Origin: Dehalococcoidia bacterium
GTDB taxonomy: Bacteria > Chloroflexota > Dehalococcoidia > GIF9 > UBA5629
Assembly: GCA_050011565.1 (NCBI GenBank)
Contig: JBEKIW010000003.1
Span: 128,001-192,000 of the forward strand
Reading direction: 5' to 3'
DNA length: 64,000 bases
Shown: piece after piece, positions 59,348 to 64,000 of the stretch
How the letters are laid out: every line of letters starts with the position of its first letter
How positions within the stretch are numbered: position 1 is the first letter of the stretch
Notes under the pieces: model-generated
Database searches by the model: none
Told to the model about the DNA's origin: nothing
What the model saw: only the letters and a program-made list of their open reading frames with translations
Program-made: the position numbers and the translations under genes

Positions 59348-59515
59348 GTTTAATTTTCTCCTTTCAAATGTACTTTTCCAGGTTAAATTACATTAAATCG
59401 GTTTCTGCGTCAAGAAGACTAAAATTTAGTTTGTCTAAAAGCAGAGTGCCCTGTATAATACCTCGCATCGGATTATATAACCATAACACGACACAGGAAA
59501 CAACGAGGAGAAGAC

Positions 59516-60448
59516 ATGTGGATTAAAGAGCCGGGCAAAATCAGCGACAGGTTAGATTTTTTAGGCGCCAGGGAAAATTGCCTGTATTTGCTCAGAGGCA
59601 ATGACATGATGATTATCGGCGGTGGAATGAGCTGGATAGCGCCATCGCTGGAAGTCCAATTCTCAACAGTGGATTTCGAGCCCAAAAAGCTTAAGTACCT
59701 GGTGGTTTCCCACTCCCACTTCGACCACTGCGGGGCTGTGCCTTATTTGAAAAAGAAATTCCCGCATATCCAGATACTTGCCTCGGCGTACGCTGAAAAG
59801 ATTTTTGCCAAGGAGAAAACGGTGAATTTCATCGCTGTTACCAATAAGTACGCGATTGACAGGCTGGGACTCCAAAGTGAATATGAGAAGTTGGATTTGA
59901 AATTCGACGGAATCCATGTTGACCGCATTATCACTGAAAAAGATATTGTTGACCTTGGCGACGGCATAGAAGTGCACTTCCTGGAAGTGCCAGGGCACAC
60001 CCAGTGTTCCATTGCCGCTTATGTCCCAAAGTTGAAAGCTCTGTTTCCAGCGGATGCGGCACCGCCACCAACGGACGATAGAGACACAATATTCTTCCCC
60101 GGACCGCAGTATAACTTTGGCATGTATAAACAATCAATGGAAAGACTGGCCAGCCTCGAAGTCGAAATATTTGCCTCCGAGCATTATGGCGTTGTCACCG
60201 GCGCCCAGGCAAGGCAATTATTACAGGAAGGGCTTAGACAAACGGAAAGGTTCAAGAACCGCATCGTCGAGATGTACCGACAGACAGGAGACTTTGACGA
60301 GACAGTTCAAAAAGCTGCTGCCGAAATCCTGCCGAGGAACGAATTCGACTTTATGGGTATGGGCAGGGAAATGCAACTAATGGTTTTAAACACGGCAACA
60401 CGCAGGATACTGGAATACGCCGGACTCATCGACAAGCCGGCGACGTAA
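59516..60448 (+). CDS. MBL-fold metallo-hydrolase
   Basis: SHSHFDHCG, PGHT, ADA, SEH. Confidence 0.9.
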   Translation: MWIKEPGKISDRLDFLGARENCLYLLRGNDMMIIGGGMSWIAPSLEVQFSTVDFEPKKLKYLVVSHSHFDHCGAVPYLKKKFPHIQILASAYAEKIFAKEKTVNFIAVTNKYAIDRLGLQSEYEKLDLKFDGIHVDRIITEKDIVDLGDGIEVHFLEVPGHTQCSIAAYVPKLKALFPADAAPPPTDDRDTIFFPGPQYNFGMYKQSMERLASLEVEIFASEHYGVVTGAQARQLLQEGLRQTERFKNRIVEMYRQTGDFDETVQKAAAEILPRNEFDFMGMGREMQLMVLNTATRRILEYAGLIDKPAT

Positions 60449-60467
60449 TCAGCTTTCTGGCATTTAT

Positions 60468-60557
60468 GAGATTCTTCGGTCGCAGTCCAAACGGACGGAC
60501 CTGAACGTCCGCCCCTACAACAACTAGTGTAGATTCTTCACTTCGCTCAGAATGACA
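60468..60557. repeat. Composite repeat: partial GAGATTCTTC unit, GTAG-type REP (60493-60518, minus strand), full AGATTCTTC...CAGAATGACA unit
   Basis: Minus strand GTAG-GGGCGGAC-GTTCAG-GTCCGTCC. Confidence 0.7.
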
Positions 60558-60578
60558 CTTAAGGCTGCGGTTTTCGGT

Positions 60579-61367
60579 CTACGATTTGGATTTTTCCAGG
60601 AGAGAAGCGGCACCCTGTTGTATATTCTGGCGGGTGCTAACTGCGGTGATTGTCTCATAACTTAAGCCCACATCCAGAGGATGAGACACTGCCATATTGA
60701 TAGCTCGCTTGGCGCCCTGAATTAACGGTGGAGCAATGGCAGCTATTTCCTGGGCCAGCTTACCGGCCTCCTCCATGAGCTTATCCAATGGGTAAACATG
60801 CTCGACCAGTCCTATCCTTAGAGCCTCGGCAGCATCTATTCGCCGGCCGGTAAATATCAGCTCCTTGGCTTTGCCGGAGCCGACAAGTTTAGTCAGGCGC
60901 TGCGTGCCGCCGAAGTCGGGAATGGTACCCAACTGGACTTCAGGTATGCTGAAAATAGCGGTCTCGGAGGCAAGCCGTATATCGCATACCAGCGCCAGCT
61001 CAAAGCCGATGCCCAAGCAGTAGCCGTTGATGGCTGCTATTACCGGGACCGGTAACGTCTCCAGCGCCATATAAATCTGTCCGCCCGCTTGAAGCGTCTC
61101 GAACTCTGAGCGGGCCGCACGCGTCAGCACGAGGCCCTCACCTGCTGTGGTTGCCGCCTTGAGGTCCAGGCCGGCACTGAAAGCACGGTCTCCGGCACCG
61201 GTAACTATGACGGCACGTATTTCAGTCTGAAAAAGAATACTCTGTGTAGCCGCTGCCAGCCCCTCAAGTACCTCCCCGTTAACCGCATTCCGGACTTCGG
61301 GTCGGTTAATGGTAACCATCGCTACTTTATCCCGTACTTCAAATAACACCACATTGCTCTTAGCCAT
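60579..61367 (-). CDS. Enoyl-CoA hydratase/isomerase family protein
   Basis: [40 protein letters not shown]. Confidence 0.92.
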   Translation of the reverse strand: MAKSNVVLFEVRDKVAMVTINRPEVRNAVNGEVLEGLAAATQSILFQTEIRAVIVTGAGDRAFSAGLDLKAATTAGEGLVLTRAARSEFETLQAGGQIYMALETLPVPVIAAINGYCLGIGFELALVCDIRLASETAIFSIPEVQLGTIPDFGGTQRLTKLVGSGKAKELIFTGRRIDAAEALRIGLVEHVYPLDKLMEEAGKLAQEIAAIAPPLIQGAKRAINMAVSHPLDVGLSYETITAVSTRQNIQQGAASLLEKSKS

Positions 61368-61475
61368 ATCGATGTCTCCTTTCAATATATTCGCCACAAA
61401 AATCAAATTCGAAAAAATACCCCGATAGAGCGTAACCGGACGACGAAAACCTGGATGGATGCAACCACTAAAATG

Positions 61476-61778
61476 TTATAACGGCTCTCGCTTATTTTTC
61501 AGAGTGGAGATTAAATTTTCCAGAGGTATGGCGGTCAAAGTCAGTGTCTGCAGGCCGCCTCTGGCGCTCAGATGTATCGCCACTTTAGCCGCAATCTCGT
61601 CGCTGGGAGCCTCGACTATGTTGACGAAATCGTACTGCCCCAGAAGCCCATACTGAGCCAGTATTTTAACCCCCATATACTCCACCTCTTTGTTAAGCTC
61701 TTTAAGCAATTCGGGATACTCTTCCATCCTTTTTCGGCCCTCGCCGGTGAGAGTCGTCAGCATAAGATAAAAGGCCAT
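61476..61778 (-). CDS. GYD domain protein
   Basis: QYGLLGQYDFVNIVEAP. Confidence 0.85.
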   Translation of the reverse strand: MAFYLMLTTLTGEGRKRMEEYPELLKELNKEVEYMGVKILAQYGLLGQYDFVNIVEAPSDEIAAKVAIHLSARGGLQTLTLTAIPLENLISTLKNKREPL

Positions 61779-61951
61779 GGCTACCTCCTCCTGGTGGAAT
61801 TATTTTGTGCACTCATTATATTCTCAGTCATCATGAAATACTAGCCCAACCGCCGCCTTGACACTGCGAAGGAGAAAGTTTACAATTTGACTTTGCCGAT
61901 TACCTGTTTTCAGGCAGGTATTCAATTAGTCATAGGAAGGAGTGATGCCAT

Positions 61952-62137
61952 GTGTCCGAAGTAAGACTTTCACAAGGAGAAAGCTTTGAGAGTCTGCTAC
62001 GACGGTTCACCAAGAAGGTACAGCAACAGGGGATAATTAGCGAAACCCGCCGTCGTGGATTTTACGAGAAGCCCAGTATAAAACGTAAACGGAAGGAAGC
62101 GGCAAAAAGGAGAAAAAGCTCCAGGAGCAGCAGCTAG
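61952..62137 (+). CDS. rpsU: 30S ribosomal protein bS21
   Basis: ESFESLLRRFTKKV...FYEKPSIKRKRK. Confidence 0.93.
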   Translation: MSEVRLSQGESFESLLRRFTKKVQQQGIISETRRRGFYEKPSIKRKRKEAAKRRKSSRSSS

Positions 62138-62140
62138 AAG

Positions 62141-62590
62141 ATGTCTCTGGCTCAAAAAATTAGAACCGACCTCGAGCAATCGTTAAGGAAAAGCGATAAA
62201 TTACGGTGTTCAGTGTTGCGTCTGGCTCTATCCAGTATAAGAAATGCCGAAATCGCTCAACAAAAAACATTAGACGACGACGGTATTTTAATTGTCATAG
62301 ACAAAGAAGCCAAGATGCGACGTGAGAGCATTGAGGCTTTCGAGAAGGGCAACCGGCCGGACCTAGTGGCTAAAGAGACGGCAGAGCTGGCAATTCTTCT
62401 GGAGTATCTACCCGAGCAACTGACCCGGGAAGAGATTGTAGCTGCAGCACGCAAGGTAATCAGCGAATTGGGGGCAGCAAGCCCGAAGGACAAGGGTAAG
62501 GTTATGTCCCAGCTTATGCCCCAGCTCAGGGGGAAAGCTCAAGGGCAAGAAGTAAGCGAAGTTGTCACGGAACTCTTAAGCAGCACGTAG
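62141..62590 (+). CDS. yqeY: GatB/YqeY domain protein
   Basis: KEAKMRRESIEAFEKGNRPDL..KE..E...YLPEQL; follows rpsU. Confidence 0.92.
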   Translation: MSLAQKIRTDLEQSLRKSDKLRCSVLRLALSSIRNAEIAQQKTLDDDGILIVIDKEAKMRRESIEAFEKGNRPDLVAKETAELAILLEYLPEQLTREEIVAAARKVISELGAASPKDKGKVMSQLMPQLRGKAQGQEVSEVVTELLSST

Positions 62591-62672
62591 ATATCACATC
62601 TTGCCCTCTTTTTTAACAGGATAATACTCGGCGGCAGAGAATGCCGCCATCTTTGTTATTATGAGTAGCAGT

Positions 62673-63359
62673 ATGAAATTCGGCATAATCATTTTTCCCG
62701 GCACCTGGAGCGATAGAGACTGTTATTACTCCCTGAAGGATATACTGAAACAGAAAGTCGACTATATCTGGCACAAGGAGACGGACCTTTCCGGATATGA
62801 CTGTGTCATTCTGCCCGGCGGTTTTTCCTACGGAGATTACCTGCGGCCGGGAGCTATAGCCAGGTTTTCGCCGGTGATGGCATCGCTGGAACGCTTCGCT
62901 TCTCAGGGCAAGCTGGTCACCGGCATCTGCAACGGATTTCAGATTTTGTGCGAATCCGGCCTCCTGCCGGGGGTATTGCTGCGCAATATCCACCTGGAAT
63001 ATCGCTGCCAGTGGACGCATCTTAAAGTAGAAAATACATCGACCGCTTTCACCTCACAGTGTCAAAACGGGCAGGCCTTGAAAATACCTATATCTCATTA
63101 CGAGGGTAGATATTATGCCGACGATACCACACTGGCTGAACTGGAGGCTGATAAACGCGTCGTCTTCCGCTACTCGACTCCAACGGGTCAGGTAACTGAA
63201 TCAGCAAACCCTAACGGCTCGTTGCGTAATATCGCCGGTATTATCAACAAGAGGGGCAATGTATTAGGCATGATGCCGCATCCCGAACGCGCCTGTGAGC
63301 CGCTATTGGGCAGCATTGATGGCAACATAATCTGGGAGTCAATAATTGCCGGTATCTAA
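62673..63359 (+). CDS. purQ: FGAM synthase glutaminase subunit
   Basis: [36 protein letters not shown]. Confidence 0.96.
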   Translation: MKFGIIIFPGTWSDRDCYYSLKDILKQKVDYIWHKETDLSGYDCVILPGGFSYGDYLRPGAIARFSPVMASLERFASQGKLVTGICNGFQILCESGLLPGVLLRNIHLEYRCQWTHLKVENTSTAFTSQCQNGQALKIPISHYEGRYYADDTTLAELEADKRVVFRYSTPTGQVTESANPNGSLRNIAGIINKRGNVLGMMPHPERACEPLLGSIDGNIIWESIIAGI

Positions 63360-64000
63360 AGAAACACTAGATGAAATCGCTCTGAGCCAGAAAGAATATC
63401 AGCTCATAGTGGAACGGCTGGGCAGGGAGCCGACCGAGGTCGAGCTGGGAATGTTCGGTGCGCTGTGGAGCGAGCATTGCGGCTACAAACATTCCAAAGC
63501 TCTGCTCAAACAATTTCCCTCCAAAAGCAAACGGGTACTGGTTAAACCGGGAGAGGAAAATGCCGGAGTCATCGACATCGGCGACGGGCTGGTAATAGTA
63601 ATGAAGATAGAGTCTCACAACCATCCCTCGGCAATCGAACCATATCAGGGAGCGGCCACCGGCGTGGGCGGCATCGTTCGTGATATTTTTACCATGGGAG
63701 CACGGCCGATTGCCCTTATGAATTCGCTGCGGTTCGGTCCCCTGACCGATTCTCATAACAGATACCTTTTTGGTGGTGTTGTCGGCGGCATTGCCGGTTA
63801 CGGCAACTGTCTGGGTATTCCGGATATCGGCGGCGAGATTTACTTCGCCGGCTGCTATTCGGCTAACCCGCTGGTCAACGCCCTGTGCCTGGGCATTGCC
63901 GAAGCTAAACACCTGGTCATGGCCAGGGCGTACGGAGAAGGTAATTTGTTAATGCTGGTTGGTGCCGATACCGGACGTGACGGACTTCACGGGGCCTCTG
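63346..64000 (+). CDS. purL: FGAM synthase subunit PurL (runs off the window end)
   Basis: Read by hand from TTG at 63346: [51 protein letters not shown]. Confidence 0.95.
   Translation, partial: MPVSKETLDEIALSQKEYQLIVERLGREPTEVELGMFGALWSEHCGYKHSKALLKQFPSKSKRVLVKPGEENAGVIDIGDGLVIVMKIESHNHPSAIEPYQGAATGVGGIVRDIFTMGARPIALMNSLRFGPLTDSHNRYLFGGVVGGIAGYGNCLGIPDIGGEIYFAGCYSANPLVNALCLGIAEAKHLVMARAYGEGNLLMLVGADTGRDGLHGAS

Noticed and set aside
63367-63912. 181-aa minus-strand ORF
   Set aside because: It is the antisense shadow of purL.

Overview
A gene-dense bacterial chromosome segment. The lineage is probably Chloroflexota/Dehalococcoidia-like, inferred from gene content (split archaeal-type glutamate synthase, NrpR-family repressors, IorAB, many lipoproteins) and not proven. 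It has four blocks. (1) 1-16.4 kb covers acyl-CoA and aromatic metabolism: a Liv-type ABC transporter with an acyl-CoA ligase, an SDR and two MaoC proteins, DAHP synthase, iorAB-aminotransferase-paaI, and asd. (2) 18-31 kb is an envelope module: a MacAB-like exporter with two oversized adaptor lipoproteins, repeat proteins, an MFS transporter and an OmpR/BaeS-type two-component system. (3) 31-54 kb is a nitrogen supercluster: GOGAT subunits interleaved with hisH/hisF, two NrpR, a GlnR-like regulator, two amtB, a PII protein, two glnA, nadE and carAB. (4) 54-64 kb holds tRNA-Thr with an integrase relic, small membrane proteins, rpsU-yqeY and purQL. The most striking signal is absent from the ORF track: two homologous leader-peptide attenuators. 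One has a run of six Phe codons and precedes the acyl-CoA ligase/ABC operon. The other has mixed Tyr/Trp/Phe codons and precedes DAHP synthase. With the neighbouring iorAB and aminotransferase, they suggest a Phe-regulated aryl-acid uptake and reductive-carboxylation route to aromatic amino acids. Two sets of phased 11-bp direct-repeat operators are also visible, one GlnR-like at both amtB genes and one across the envelope module. All family assignments come from motif recognition, without database searches.
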